From positions 1 through 46,059 of IMG/VR virus record IMGVR_UViG_3300042549_000862: a DNA stretch of 46,059 nt. One strand, 5' to 3'. The notes under the pieces were generated by a model. It was not told the DNA's origin. It saw only the letters and a program-made list of their open reading frames with translations, and searched no databases. Shown one piece after another: positions 17,358 through 26,487 of the stretch (the stretch's first letter is position 1; every line of letters begins with the position of its first letter). Source of the DNA: a virus (Duplodnaviria; Caudoviricetes). Position numbers and translations under genes: made by a program.

Positions 17358-19840
17358 TAGTCTCCTTTAGCTTTGGGTTGAGGTTTGTCTACCTGACGAC
17401 GTTTAATCGACAGGTCTGCGCGATTTCTCGCGATCTCTGCACCAATACGAACTCCCTCGCGCTCGTTATCGGCGTTCATTCTTGCTTCGTCCATTTTGAT
17501 CTTGGAGCCAACCTTCAAGCCTTCTAGCTCCATCTGTGCTGCAAGCTTGTCTTTCTCCAGCTCGATCTTGTCTGCGGCAGCAGCGGCGTCTGCTTGCATC
17601 TTGGCGCGTTTGATCTCGACCTCTTGCTGCCGTAACTGCAGCTCGGCTTGTTGGAGCATGAGCATCGGGTCTTGCGCCATGGCTTGTTGTTGCGCCTCGG
17701 CTTGTTGTTGCGCCACGATGTTCTGGCTCTCCTGCAACACCATGGGTGCCGCTTGCGCCACCAGACGGGAGAGCTGCACCTCCACTGCCGGATTCATTTC
17801 CTCGTCCGGCATCGGCAAGTCCGCACCCAGTGCTTTCTCGATCTTTGACCGGTACGCAAACGCAATGTGCTCCATCAAGTGCGCCATCATCGCCTGTTGA
17901 ATCATTGGCGCTTGTGGGTTCTGTCCAACCATTTGCTGAATTAGCGGGTCTTGCATTGCACTCATGTGCACCTTGATGTGTGCCTCATGGTCCTGATACA
18001 TAAACGCCTTAACCGGTTTTAACCGCATCACATTCATGTTTTCCGAGATGGGGTCGGTTGGCTTCATGTCGTCGTCCGTGGGGACTAACTTCTGGAAGTC
18101 CTTGAAGCCCAGAGTCTCCAGCATCTGCCGGTGAAGCAGTGGCATGTCATACAACTGCGGCGCAGTCTGCGCCAACTGCAGTGCTGCTTGATGCTGCACC
18201 ACGCGTTGACTCATTGTTGCTGCGTTGGGGTCTGAGACAGGGATGATGTCTACATCATCGTAGTCCTCGCGCTTGGCGCGGGGTGAGCCGTATTCCGGCT
18301 GATAGCTGTACTCATCCGGGGTGTAGTCCCGTATGATGTCTTTGATTAGTCTGAGTTCTTGTTTGAGCGCGTAATGTACCCGCGCTTGGACGGCTGACAT
18401 GACCTTGAGGGTTCGCTCAAGTACGGCCAGAGTTGTTCCCACCGGCGTATTAGCCGACATATCGGACACTTGGATGTCGGCAGTCGCTGCGAAACGTCTG
18501 CCCTCCTCAACGATAGTACCAAGGAGGCTGTATAGAGTGGCCGATGGTTCTTTGTAAGGTAGCGGCAGTATATTGTCACGGATGGCTCCTGAACCTGTAT
18601 CCACATCACGCCATTCACCGGGAGCGATAGGCGTGTCGTCTCCTTTAATACGCAGTCCTCTGGACTTTAGTCCGCCCGGCAGGTTGGACAGCGTGCCTGC
18701 ATCAACCAGTTGCCTCATCAGCGATGTAGCTGATTTAGCGTAGCCGCCAATCAAATGGAACAGACCAAACCCATACGGACCCAGACCGGGGACGTATACA
18801 TAATGCACGAAATGCTGACGCTTTTGTTTTAGCTCGTCGTCCTCGCGCCAGTTGCGGCGGATAGCCAGCACTTCATCAGAACCTTTTAGAACAGTAACTA
18901 CGTACGGCAGCGCAATCCCTGTAAGCTCGCCATCCTTGTCTTTGTCTTCAAAGCCCGGCAGATCAATATCAGCGTGAATCTCATATATCTCGTAGCGGTC
19001 ATCAAACGACGCCGATATGCCCGTCTCCTTGTCTTTTTTCTGTTGTATTTCGTTAGTGACTTTCGGCGGGTCGCCAAGCTCAACCTCACGATAGAACCCA
19101 GCCTTCTGGAGCTTGAGAATCTCATTCTCGGTCTTCCTCATCCTGTGCGTTAGCCGTGGGCACGAAGCCAGCTCAGTGGTGCCGTAAGGAATGATGATGT
19201 CTTCAGCAGGCACAAACAGCGACACAGGTCGCTCGGTGTTTACATCAAAGTAGACCTTCTTAAACGCAGAGCCTGCGGCTGGCAGCGAGAAGAGCATCCT
19301 CTCATGCTCCGGGCGGAACTCTGCCATCTTGTCTGTCAAGTAGTAGTTCATGTCTTCTTCAACACGAACTGCCGACTCTTTCTTCTTTGGCGTCTCGTCG
19401 CCAATGATCTTGGTCTTGGCAGGCCCCTTGGCCGGGAACGTCTCTGTAATCGTTTCCGATTGGAACCGGATGACCGCTTCGGTAATCATGGGGTGGTACA
19501 CACCACAAGCGCCAGCCCAAGGCTCTGTTCGCTCCTCGTACTTCAAACCCAGTAAGGTCAAGCCTTCCTTGTATATGTCGTCCCAATCCTTGCGCGCAGA
19601 CAAGTCGTTCTTCACATCATCAAGCAGCTCACCCACCAGCGAAGACAACTCCCCTGCCTCCATCTGTTCAGCAAGGTTAGCGTTGAAGTCATCCTCTTCG
19701 CCCGGACGTATCTCTATCTCCAGCCCATCAGCACGGATGTTGACCTCTTCCGGGTCCTCGATCTCGATCTCAATATCCGGCTCGTCAGCCAACGCGTCCA
19801 TGCCCAGTGGTGCTTGATACAGTGCCTTGTCTATAGCCAT
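17357..19840 (-). CDS. Portal protein (P22-like, long Gln-rich helical C-terminus)
   Basis: 827 aa directly after TerL; GSAFKKVYFD, LVDAGTLSNLPGG, C-terminal coiled coil. Confidence 0.88.
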   Translation of the reverse strand: MAIDKALYQAPLGMDALADEPDIEIEIEDPEEVNIRADGLEIEIRPGEEDDFNANLAEQMEAGELSSLVGELLDDVKNDLSARKDWDDIYKEGLTLLGLKYEERTEPWAGACGVYHPMITEAVIRFQSETITETFPAKGPAKTKIIGDETPKKKESAVRVEEDMNYYLTDKMAEFRPEHERMLFSLPAAGSAFKKVYFDVNTERPVSLFVPAEDIIIPYGTTELASCPRLTHRMRKTENEILKLQKAGFYREVELGDPPKVTNEIQQKKDKETGISASFDDRYEIYEIHADIDLPGFEDKDKDGELTGIALPYVVTVLKGSDEVLAIRRNWREDDELKQKRQHFVHYVYVPGLGPYGFGLFHLIGGYAKSATSLMRQLVDAGTLSNLPGGLKSRGLRIKGDDTPIAPGEWRDVDTGSGAIRDNILPLPYKEPSATLYSLLGTIVEEGRRFAATADIQVSDMSANTPVGTTLAVLERTLKVMSAVQARVHYALKQELRLIKDIIRDYTPDEYSYQPEYGSPRAKREDYDDVDIIPVSDPNAATMSQRVVQHQAALQLAQTAPQLYDMPLLHRQMLETLGFKDFQKLVPTDDDMKPTDPISENMNVMRLKPVKAFMYQDHEAHIKVHMSAMQDPLIQQMVGQNPQAPMIQQAMMAHLMEHIAFAYRSKIEKALGADLPMPDEEMNPAVEVQLSRLVAQAAPMVLQESQNIVAQQQAEAQQQAMAQDPMLMLQQAELQLRQQEVEIKRAKMQADAAAAADKIELEKDKLAAQMELEGLKVGSKIKMDEARMNADNEREGVRIGAEIARNRADLSIKRRQVDKPQPKAKGD

Positions 19841-19849
19841 GATGGCTCC

Positions 19850-21388
19850 TTAATAGTATGCGTGCGCCTTGCGCTTAAAAAATGTCGGCTCGTCCTCGTA
19901 GTCGCTTGGCAGGCTGATAAACCCACCTTGGCGGTAGCGCAGAAGCGCTTGTGAGATCGTGTCAACGTAATCGTCATGCTCGCCCACGGGAAAGGCGGCA
20001 AGTTCCTCAATTACTTCTCTTGCCCATCGTGTGTCCGGTGCCCAGACCTTGCCACTGTAAAAGAAGTCAGCGATGGCATTAAGTCGTGCGGTCTTGTCAG
20101 TGGTGCCTCGTTGCTTGCCTCGGCTGGGCGTGAACTCGTCCACTGGAATACCCATTGCCCGAAACTCTTGAATAAGCGGGGCACCTGCTGCCTTTTTCTC
20201 CACAATGAACGCATCTGGCTCCCATTCTTTCCAGTGTTTGTACGCTACCTGCTTTAGCTCAGGAAACGCCATCCTGTCCTTGAACGCGTCCAGCAGTATT
20301 AAGTTAGGCGCACCGCCATCCTCGTCGTTATAGAACACACCCCACGTGGTGCAGGCGCTGTAGTCAGCAGACGTCTTCTGCTCGTGCGCGGTATCCCAGC
20401 TCTGAATAATGTAGTCACACTGCGGCGGCTCGTCCTCTTCCCATATCTTCCACATGCCGCGGTTGATGATGGCTGACGCTTCTGCCGTTGGATTCTGCAT
20501 GTACTGCGCGTTCCAATACCGCGGGTCCATGGCGCTCTTCTTTGCCTTCAAGACCTCCAGCGGCCACTGCTCCGGCCAGAGACTTTTCTCGTTCTCTTCG
20601 CCCTCATGCAGTATGGCAGGCAGCTCCACGATCTCCCATGGGTCACTGTCAGGGTTTTTTATCTGGTAGTCAATCAAGCGACCAGTTAGGTCAACTAACG
20701 ACCAGCGCGTCATAATTACAATGATTGCCCCGTTGGGCATCAAACGCTGCAGGGGACCTTGCTGGAACCATTGCCATGCCGAGTCAAACGCCAAGCGGCT
20801 GTTCGCTTTCATGTCTTGTTCCGAGTGCGGGTCGTCGATAACAAAAAGGTCTGCACCACGACCGGCCAGTGCTCCACCAACACCTGCTGCGTAATACTGG
20901 CCTCCGGCCATTGTGGACCACTTTCCTGCGGCTTTCTGGTCTTCCGCGATCTTGGTGTTTGGGAAAATCTCTTGGTACTCTTCACTGTCAATTAAGTTCT
21001 TTACGCGGCGACCGAAGTCTTCGGAGAGGCTCGCTGTGTGCGTGCCCATGATGATCTTTTTCTCAGGGTAGTGCCCCATGAAATAAGCGGGGAACAGGTA
21101 GGAGGAGAACTCCGACTTACCCATACGTGGTGCAATATTGATAATTACGCGCTTTTTCTTGCCCTCAATCACGTCCGTGAATATCTTTGAGAGCTTCCTG
21201 TGGTGCGGTCCTATCTTGAAACCGGGGTAGACCTGTGTGGCAAAGCCCAAAAGGGACGTTTTTGCCGCAGTCTTTGACGCACGCGCTGCCCTTTCTTCCA
21301 AATCAGACAGCAACTCCGCCTTCTCCTCCGGGGAAAGGGTAGGCAGAACGCGTTTTAACGCGTCAATCTCCTGTTTCGTCAGGTTCAT
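19850..21388 (-). CDS. terL: Terminase large subunit
   Basis: Walker A APRMGKS, Walker B FVIDDPH, MTRW coupling motif, nuclease SWDTA...HDDYVD. Confidence 0.95.
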   Translation of the reverse strand: MNLTKQEIDALKRVLPTLSPEEKAELLSDLEERAARASKTAAKTSLLGFATQVYPGFKIGPHHRKLSKIFTDVIEGKKKRVIINIAPRMGKSEFSSYLFPAYFMGHYPEKKIIMGTHTASLSEDFGRRVKNLIDSEEYQEIFPNTKIAEDQKAAGKWSTMAGGQYYAAGVGGALAGRGADLFVIDDPHSEQDMKANSRLAFDSAWQWFQQGPLQRLMPNGAIIVIMTRWSLVDLTGRLIDYQIKNPDSDPWEIVELPAILHEGEENEKSLWPEQWPLEVLKAKKSAMDPRYWNAQYMQNPTAEASAIINRGMWKIWEEDEPPQCDYIIQSWDTAHEQKTSADYSACTTWGVFYNDEDGGAPNLILLDAFKDRMAFPELKQVAYKHWKEWEPDAFIVEKKAAGAPLIQEFRAMGIPVDEFTPSRGKQRGTTDKTARLNAIADFFYSGKVWAPDTRWAREVIEELAAFPVGEHDDYVDTISQALLRYRQGGFISLPSDYEDEPTFFKRKAHAYY

Positions 21389-21965
21389 TGGTGATTTCCG
21401 TCACATCGGTGACGTCTGTGACGTCAACTATCTGCGCCATGCGCGCTAATTTCTCTTTTATGCGCTCTTCCAGCTCTGAATCCGACAAATCTGTCTTCTT
21501 GACCTCCACGCGGTCAGTGAAAAGCGCTACTTCCGTCACTTTCCCCAACAGTTCTAGGGCGCGAAGCCTGATTTTTGCGTCGGGGTGGGCGGTTTCCTCC
21601 ACCAACTTAGCCACCGCGTAGCCTCTGATCTCCTTGGCCTGCTCAACAAAGTGCCAATCGTAGGCGGTTAGCATGCCGACCAGATGTTTTACTGCTTCTG
21701 GCGTCTCGATCTTGGACAAAGCAGCGCGCTGTTGTTTGGCGTCAGCGGTTTGCGTCATCACCGCAAAGGCTTCGCGTGCGGTTTGCTCTTGTATTTGATC
21801 AAAAACGTCCTCGTCTGGCGTGGCTCCCAGCTCTTCCAGCCACTTCGCCGTTTCGACTTGCGCGTCAATGATCTCGGTGGGGGAAGCTTTTGAGACGAGT
21901 TTAGCCTCTGGCGTGGGGAGCACGTCAGGAGTGTAGATGGTTTCGTCCAACAGGTGCTCTAACAT
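21363..21965 (-). CDS. terS: Terminase small subunit (putative)
   Basis: Immediately upstream of and overlapping TerL; RLRALELLGK...LF.DRVEV motif. Confidence 0.7.
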   Translation of the reverse strand: MLEHLLDETIYTPDVLPTPEAKLVSKASPTEIIDAQVETAKWLEELGATPDEDVFDQIQEQTAREAFAVMTQTADAKQQRAALSKIETPEAVKHLVGMLTAYDWHFVEQAKEIRGYAVAKLVEETAHPDAKIRLRALELLGKVTEVALFTDRVEVKKTDLSDSELEERIKEKLARMAQIVDVTDVTDVTEITNEPDETGD

Positions 21966-21977
21966 AAGCGTAGACCG

Positions 21978-22006
21978 TTGCAGTCACGTTGGGCGGAGTA
22001 TATACT
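21978..22006 (+). promoter_or_regulatory. Sigma70-like promoter for the candidate sRNA
   Basis: TTGCAG(21978)-17 nt-TATACT(22001); the -10 lies in the palindrome AGTATATACT, which could also serve a leftward promoter (TTTACA-18-TATACT) toward terS. Confidence 0.5.
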
Positions 22007-22011
22007 TCATT

Positions 22012-22112
22012 TTGTCGCTGTGTAAATTTTTACACGGTGGCTGTCTCCGTGGTTGGAGATTCTCGCTTGAAGCCATCCGGCTTTGACCCTCGCTCCGGCG
22101 GGGGTCTTTTTT
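22012..22112 (+). ncRNA. Candidate ~100-nt small RNA with four hairpins
   Basis: Between promoter and terminator, no ORF; hairpins CTGTGTAAA/TTTACACGG, TCTCC-GTGGTT-GGAGA, AAGCC-ATCC-GGCTT, then the terminator. Confidence 0.55.
22085..22112 (+). terminator. Rho-independent terminator
   Basis: GACCCTCGC-TCCG-GCGGGGGTC followed by TTTTTT; no plus-strand CDS upstream. Confidence 0.8.
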
Positions 22113-22121
22113 ATCTGTGCA

Positions 22122-22137
22122 TGTCTAATATTAGACA
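22122..22137. promoter_or_regulatory. 16-bp palindromic operator-like site (family B, copy 1)
   Basis: TGTCTAATATTAGACA, perfect palindrome; relatives at 29056 and 43237. Confidence 0.5.
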
Positions 22138-22342
22138 AATTTGATTTTAAATTTTTTAAAAATTTTTGGGGCGTTGTCATGATTTTAAGAAAAATGTGGA
22201 GCGTGGTTGGGGAATAGTGTTCTGTGGCGAAGCCGCCGCGCTGCCATATTTGTGGGGGATGGGGTAGGGTAGGGTCGAGAATGTTGCCATTTTGGTTGTT
22301 GAGCAGAGGTTTGACGCGTTATATGAGAGGGTATGTTTCTCT

Positions 22343-22369
22343 CACTCATGGACATTTCGTACATGAGTT
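22343..22369. repeat. 27-bp 11-5-11 palindrome, family A copy 1
   Basis: CACTCATGGAC-ATTTC-GTACATGAGTT. Confidence 0.85.
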
Positions 22370-22392
22370 CATTCAACCAATGAGGTGACATC

Positions 22393-22791
22393 ATGCAAAC
22401 ATTCATCAACAAGGCTGTCTTTGCTATCTTCGACGACGCAGATAAGTCTGCGCTCTCATTCGCTGAACGCTTGCTCGCTGAAGGCATTGGCGATAGAGCG
22501 ACGGCCAGACCATACACAGTGGCATGGGCTGCGGCTAAGCATGGCATTGAAACGAAGGAAGGCCAGCGCGGTTTGACGTTCGTTGACAAAGACAAGCGCA
22601 AGTATGAGGCCGCGCAGCAAGCGGCTAAGCGTGTACTTGAGATTTGCTTTCCTGCGGCTGACGTCGCACATCTGCCTGACGCGTCAAAACCGAAGGCCAA
22701 AGTCGATCCGGTCAAGCGTGAGGCACAGCGCATCCTCAAGAACTTCACGCCAGCGCAGCGTCGCAAGCTGATCGAGCTTCTCTCCGCTTAA
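22393..22791 (+). CDS. Early hypothetical protein
   Basis: 132 aa, GAGGTG RBS, first gene of the rightward arm. Confidence 0.8.
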   Translation: MQTFINKAVFAIFDDADKSALSFAERLLAEGIGDRATARPYTVAWAAAKHGIETKEGQRGLTFVDKDKRKYEAAQQAAKRVLEICFPAADVAHLPDASKPKAKVDPVKREAQRILKNFTPAQRRKLIELLSA

Positions 22792-22816
22792 CTCATGTAC
22801 GTTTTGTACACGAGTT
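22790..22816. repeat. 27-bp 11-5-11 palindrome, family A copy 2
   Basis: AACTCATGTAC-GTTTT-GTACACGAGTT, overlapping a stop codon. Confidence 0.9.
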
Positions 22817-22882
22817 CTCCCGAACCGCGCAGGAAATCACCCTTCTGCGCGGATTCTCAATCATGTCAACCGAGGTAACCCC

Positions 22883-23068
22883 ATGACCAAATTTGAAACC
22901 AAGCAAGTCGAAACCATTCGCGCTCACATCATGTTGGGCAACGTCGTATCAGCCGCACGCGGCCTCTCATCCCTGATTCGCTGCGCTCGCACTGGCAAAA
23001 GCGTAACCGAACTCACCGCGCTGGCCGTTGAGCTTGGCCTGCGTAATCACCCTGACTTCATCATCTGA
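22883..23068 (+). CDS. Early hypothetical protein
   Basis: 61 aa, GAGGT RBS; AARGLSSLIRCA. Confidence 0.75.
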   Translation: MTKFETKQVETIRAHIMLGNVVSAARGLSSLIRCARTGKSVTELTALAVELGLRNHPDFII

Positions 23069-23079
23069 GGAGAATGACC

Positions 23080-23253
23080 ATGCGTAACAATCAACTCGAA
23101 CAAGCACTGCTACGCGCAGGTTTCGTGAAAGCCAAAGAAACCAAGCCAACTCGTGTACGTGATGTACATGAGTTCAGCGGCAAACCAGAGTGGCAATCAC
23201 TCACTCATGCGGAACGCGAGCACTATCAACAACAGTTTAACGCGTCAAGCTAG
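23080..23253 (+). CDS. Early hypothetical protein (57 aa), absent from the ORF track
   Basis: Hand-translated MRNNQLEQALLRAGFVKAKETKPTRVRDVHEFSGKPEWQSLTHAEREHYQQQFNASS; GAGGAG RBS. Confidence 0.65.
   Translation: MRNNQLEQALLRAGFVKAKETKPTRVRDVHEFSGKPEWQSLTHAEREHYQQQFNASS
23148..23174. repeat. 27-bp 11-5-11 palindrome, family A copy 3 (intragenic)
   Basis: AACTCGTGTAC-GTGAT-GTACATGAGTT. Confidence 0.9.
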
Positions 23254-23280
23254 AAATAGGACTGCCAAATAAAAATGTTT

Positions 23281-23614
23281 AATACTCGGCACTCGTACTG
23301 GCGCGTGCACACGCAAACGTATCTAGCTAAGTATTTGTATTTATTTATATTTATATGTATATGTATATTAGATGTAGCACTTGTCCATGGTTTTCAACAT
23401 AGTATATGGGTCTGGAAAAAATACTTGATAGAAGTCAGCAAAAGAACCAAAATGTTCGGCAAATTCTTCAATCATCTTGGCTGGACACATATATACCTTC
23501 CAAAACCATTGACATGTGCTCAACCAAATTTTTCAGGAGAAAAAAAATGTTATAGATCAACGCCATACCTCACACCCTCTGCGTGTACACCAGCCGGTAC
23601 AACTGCCGAGTATT
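23281..23614. repeat. Nested long-range inverted repeats around an AT-rich core (candidate replication origin)
   Basis: Outer arms 23281-23315/23580-23614 (29/35 match), inner arms 23376-23394/23502-23520 (17/19), common symmetry axis near 23448. Confidence 0.75.
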
Positions 23615-23658
23615 GTACACGCCCCAAGAAACAGACTTAACGTGTCAAGGAGGAAGCT

Positions 23659-24429
23659 ATGCCTCATGCGAAAAAAAGGCTGCGCGACTGTACGCGCAAG
23701 CAAATCATCACGCGACTAAACCGCAGATTTGAACACAGCGCAGTCGTTACGCCTGCCGTGGTGAAGGCCATCGCTGATCGTATCTGTGAACAGCGCAAGC
23801 TACAGAAGTACCACGCACACCGCACTGCGCGGTTAAACAATGCGTGGAAGGTAGTCATTCAGCCGTTAGCAAAAGAGATTGGCTCGCTTCAAACGCGGCT
23901 GGCTCAGTGGAAAAAGCGCGGCAATGTCGAGATGACTACGTTCTTTGGCGCGTACCTCAACGCGCTATTAAAAGTGCGCGACATCCTGCGCGCGTACCAA
24001 CGGCAGGAACTCACGCCAGAACAAAAGGCAAAGGCCGTCAACCTCTCCGACGAGGGCATACTACCTAACTCGTTATCTCGCTTGCCGCTTGGTCAGCACT
24101 GGTCTGATTGGGTTCCGCACAAGATCAAGCGTGAGTTCATGCGAGCACATTCAAACCTTGCGACCAGAACACGCAGGCTCACGCTCATCTTCCAGCGTGA
24201 GCCAAACAAAACCATCCTCGACCAGCACTGGCGCGTGCGTCAGATGTGGGTAGAAGAACTGAACCAACTGCAAAACACCATTGACCGCGACGGCACAGAC
24301 CGGCGCGAGTACGAGGTCAGGCAGGCCGAGCGCATACGGCAGGCAATAGCCAAGCTCGAAGCTGCACCAAAGGACAAACGCATCACACCACACTGGCGCA
24401 AGCTGGTCACATCAAAGGAGGCAGCATGA
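23659..24429 (+). CDS. Basic helical hypothetical protein
   Basis: 256 aa, AAGGAGG RBS; HWSDWVP motif. Confidence 0.8.
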   Translation: MPHAKKRLRDCTRKQIITRLNRRFEHSAVVTPAVVKAIADRICEQRKLQKYHAHRTARLNNAWKVVIQPLAKEIGSLQTRLAQWKKRGNVEMTTFFGAYLNALLKVRDILRAYQRQELTPEQKAKAVNLSDEGILPNSLSRLPLGQHWSDWVPHKIKREFMRAHSNLATRTRRLTLIFQREPNKTILDQHWRVRQMWVEELNQLQNTIDRDGTDRREYEVRQAERIRQAIAKLEAAPKDKRITPHWRKLVTSKEAA

Positions 24430-24632
24430 CAAAGGAACAACTCGATGCGCTCATGGCGCAGGCTGGGTTAAAGCAGCTATTGATCGACAAGGCAAACAAC
24501 GATCTTGACAGGTTAATCCAGAAGCGATTAAAGTACGAAGCTGAACTGGCTAACCTGTTAAGTTTGATTGAGGCGGCGCAGACCGCACGCAAGCAGCGAG
24601 AAGCAGTAGAAGTAGTGGCAGCAAAACTGTAA
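24426..24632 (+). CDS. Small coiled-coil hypothetical protein
   Basis: 68 aa, ATGA coupling, AAGGAGG RBS. Confidence 0.75.
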   Translation: MTKEQLDALMAQAGLKQLLIDKANNDLDRLIQKRLKYEAELANLLSLIEAAQTARKQREAVEVVAAKL

Positions 24633-24657
24633 CTCATGGACATCCTGTACATGAGAT
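24631..24657. repeat. 27-bp 11-5-11 palindrome, family A copy 4
   Basis: AACTCATGGAC-ATCCT-GTACATGAGAT, overlapping a stop codon. Confidence 0.85.
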
Positions 24658-24681
24658 CAACCAACCACAATGGAGGCAACC

Positions 24682-26487
24682 ATGCCATACATCAGAAACA
24701 CAGGCGGCAACTCACGCTTCTTCGATGACCTAAGCGTCACCGACAACACGACCGAGCTTGAAACCGTTGAGCTATCCAATGGCATCAACTATTTCTTCAG
24801 CGACGTCAACAGCAACAATCACAGTAGCAACCACATCTTCAGCTTAGTCCCATACTGGGATCGCTTGGCGCGTCACTTCCGCATACTGGTGCAGCAACGC
24901 ACATTCAAGGCACTCATTGACGCCGGTGCGTTTACCAACACGCGCTATGCGCCAAACCCTGCGGACATACGGCCTAGCTACAGCGACGACACCATCCGGC
25001 AAGCGCAAGAGGCACTGACTAACTGCGCCAATGCGATGAGTCAGGTTGTACGCAGGCGCTTCGATGACGCCGATATGTCTGACACGGTGTACTGCAACAA
25101 GGCAAACAAGCTGTTCTCGCAGTTGTATTCCAGTGTTGTGCACGATGTGCTAACTGATTCGCGCAACCTGCGTGAGGCGTACTCATCATCGTTTGACCAC
25201 ACGGCAGGTACAACGGCGCGTCGTGTTGCGCTTGAGATCCTGGGTGAGATGATGCGCCAGACCAGCGTGTATGCAAACATTGGCATACTGTATGCGGTGT
25301 ATCACCTGAAGTTCGGCAACCTGATCGACGGCTCCATCACTAGCTCATTCAACGGCGGTATCAGAGGCTTGCGCCAGACCATGCGTGACATCTTGGAGTT
25401 CGAGGATGGAGAACAAGTCACTGACTACATCATCAACAACTACAACTTCGAGCAGTGCGAGGACTGCGGTGAGTGGGAGTCACACAACTATTCACACCGC
25501 ACCTATCACGACGAGTCAGTGTGTCGTGTCTGCGTCGAAGAGAACTACAGATGGTCTAACTATCATGACCAGTATGTGCACTGCAACTATGCGATGTCTG
25601 TTATTGGTAGTGACGGTGATCGTGACTACATCCACGAAGATGCGCGAGACGATGGCGACTTCGAGTGGGATGAGAACGAGGACTGCTATGTCAATGTCAA
25701 CTACGATAGGCCAAGCAAGTCACTGCGTCGCTATCACAACGCCAAGAACAATGAGTCGTACCGGCTCATACATTCGGATTGGTCAGCGCGCAATCAACGC
25801 TTCTTCGGTATCGAGCTTGAGGTCGAGTGTCGCAAGGGTTATCCCGGCGAGCACGCAGATAAACTCAACGACGCGCTAAACGATGGCAAGCTAGGTGAGC
25901 GTTGCTTCTTCGAGGAGGATGGCAGTCTCTCGCATGGCTTCGAGATCATCACGCAGCCTATGGGTCTTGACTCGCACTATCAGTTCTGGGAGTGGCTCAC
26001 CGACAAGAACCTGACACGCGACTTGCGTAGTCATGACACATCAACCTGTGGCTTACACATCCACGTCAACCGCGACAACATCAAGGACTTGCAGATCAAC
26101 AAGATGTGCGTGTTCATTCATTCGCCTGACAATCGCAACCTGATCAAAGCGATTGCGCGGCGTTACGGTGTTGGCTATGCGTCAATGCACGACAAGAAGT
26201 TAGGCACTGCACATCATGCGTCACGCAGCGACCAGCGTTACGAGGCAGTCAACCTGACTAACCGTCGCACCATCGAGATGCGTATATTCAAAGGCACACT
26301 AAAGCATGAGTCCATGCTTGCTGCCATCGAGTTCACTAACGCACTCATCAAGTTCACCGCACCAGCATCACCGGCTGGCTTCATGCTGAACTCATACCGC
26401 TTCATGGACTACATCAACAGCAACGAGATGAAAGCGGACACGCGCAACCTGCGCAAGTATCTGACCGATGTCGGTTACACATCGTAA
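24682..26487 (+). CDS. Putative amidoligase (COOH-NH2 ligase, glutamine-synthetase-like fold) with long N-terminal extension and CxxC pairs
   Basis: FGIELEVE, EDGSL..GFEIIT.P, TCGLHIHV, RYEAVN, TIEMRIFKGTL; CEDC...CRVC; start after GGAGG. Confidence 0.85.
   Translation: MPYIRNTGGNSRFFDDLSVTDNTTELETVELSNGINYFFSDVNSNNHSSNHIFSLVPYWDRLARHFRILVQQRTFKALIDAGAFTNTRYAPNPADIRPSYSDDTIRQAQEALTNCANAMSQVVRRRFDDADMSDTVYCNKANKLFSQLYSSVVHDVLTDSRNLREAYSSSFDHTAGTTARRVALEILGEMMRQTSVYANIGILYAVYHLKFGNLIDGSITSSFNGGIRGLRQTMRDILEFEDGEQVTDYIINNYNFEQCEDCGEWESHNYSHRTYHDESVCRVCVEENYRWSNYHDQYVHCNYAMSVIGSDGDRDYIHEDARDDGDFEWDENEDCYVNVNYDRPSKSLRRYHNAKNNESYRLIHSDWSARNQRFFGIELEVECRKGYPGEHADKLNDALNDGKLGERCFFEEDGSLSHGFEIITQPMGLDSHYQFWEWLTDKNLTRDLRSHDTSTCGLHIHVNRDNIKDLQINKMCVFIHSPDNRNLIKAIARRYGVGYASMHDKKLGTAHHASRSDQRYEAVNLTNRRTIEMRIFKGTLKHESMLAAIEFTNALIKFTAPASPAGFMLNSYRFMDYINSNEMKADTRNLRKYLTDVGYTS

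Noticed and set aside
22311-22337. TTGACG...TATGTT as the early promoter
   Set aside because: 15-nt spacer and weak -10; not well enough supported to annotate
22185-22766. 193-aa minus-strand ORF
   Set aside because: Antisense to the well-supported 22393-22791 gene and crosses the regulatory gap
23275-23719. ORFs 23275-23640 and 23516-23719
   Set aside because: They run through a low-complexity AT-rich dyad element, have atypical composition and lack convincing RBSs
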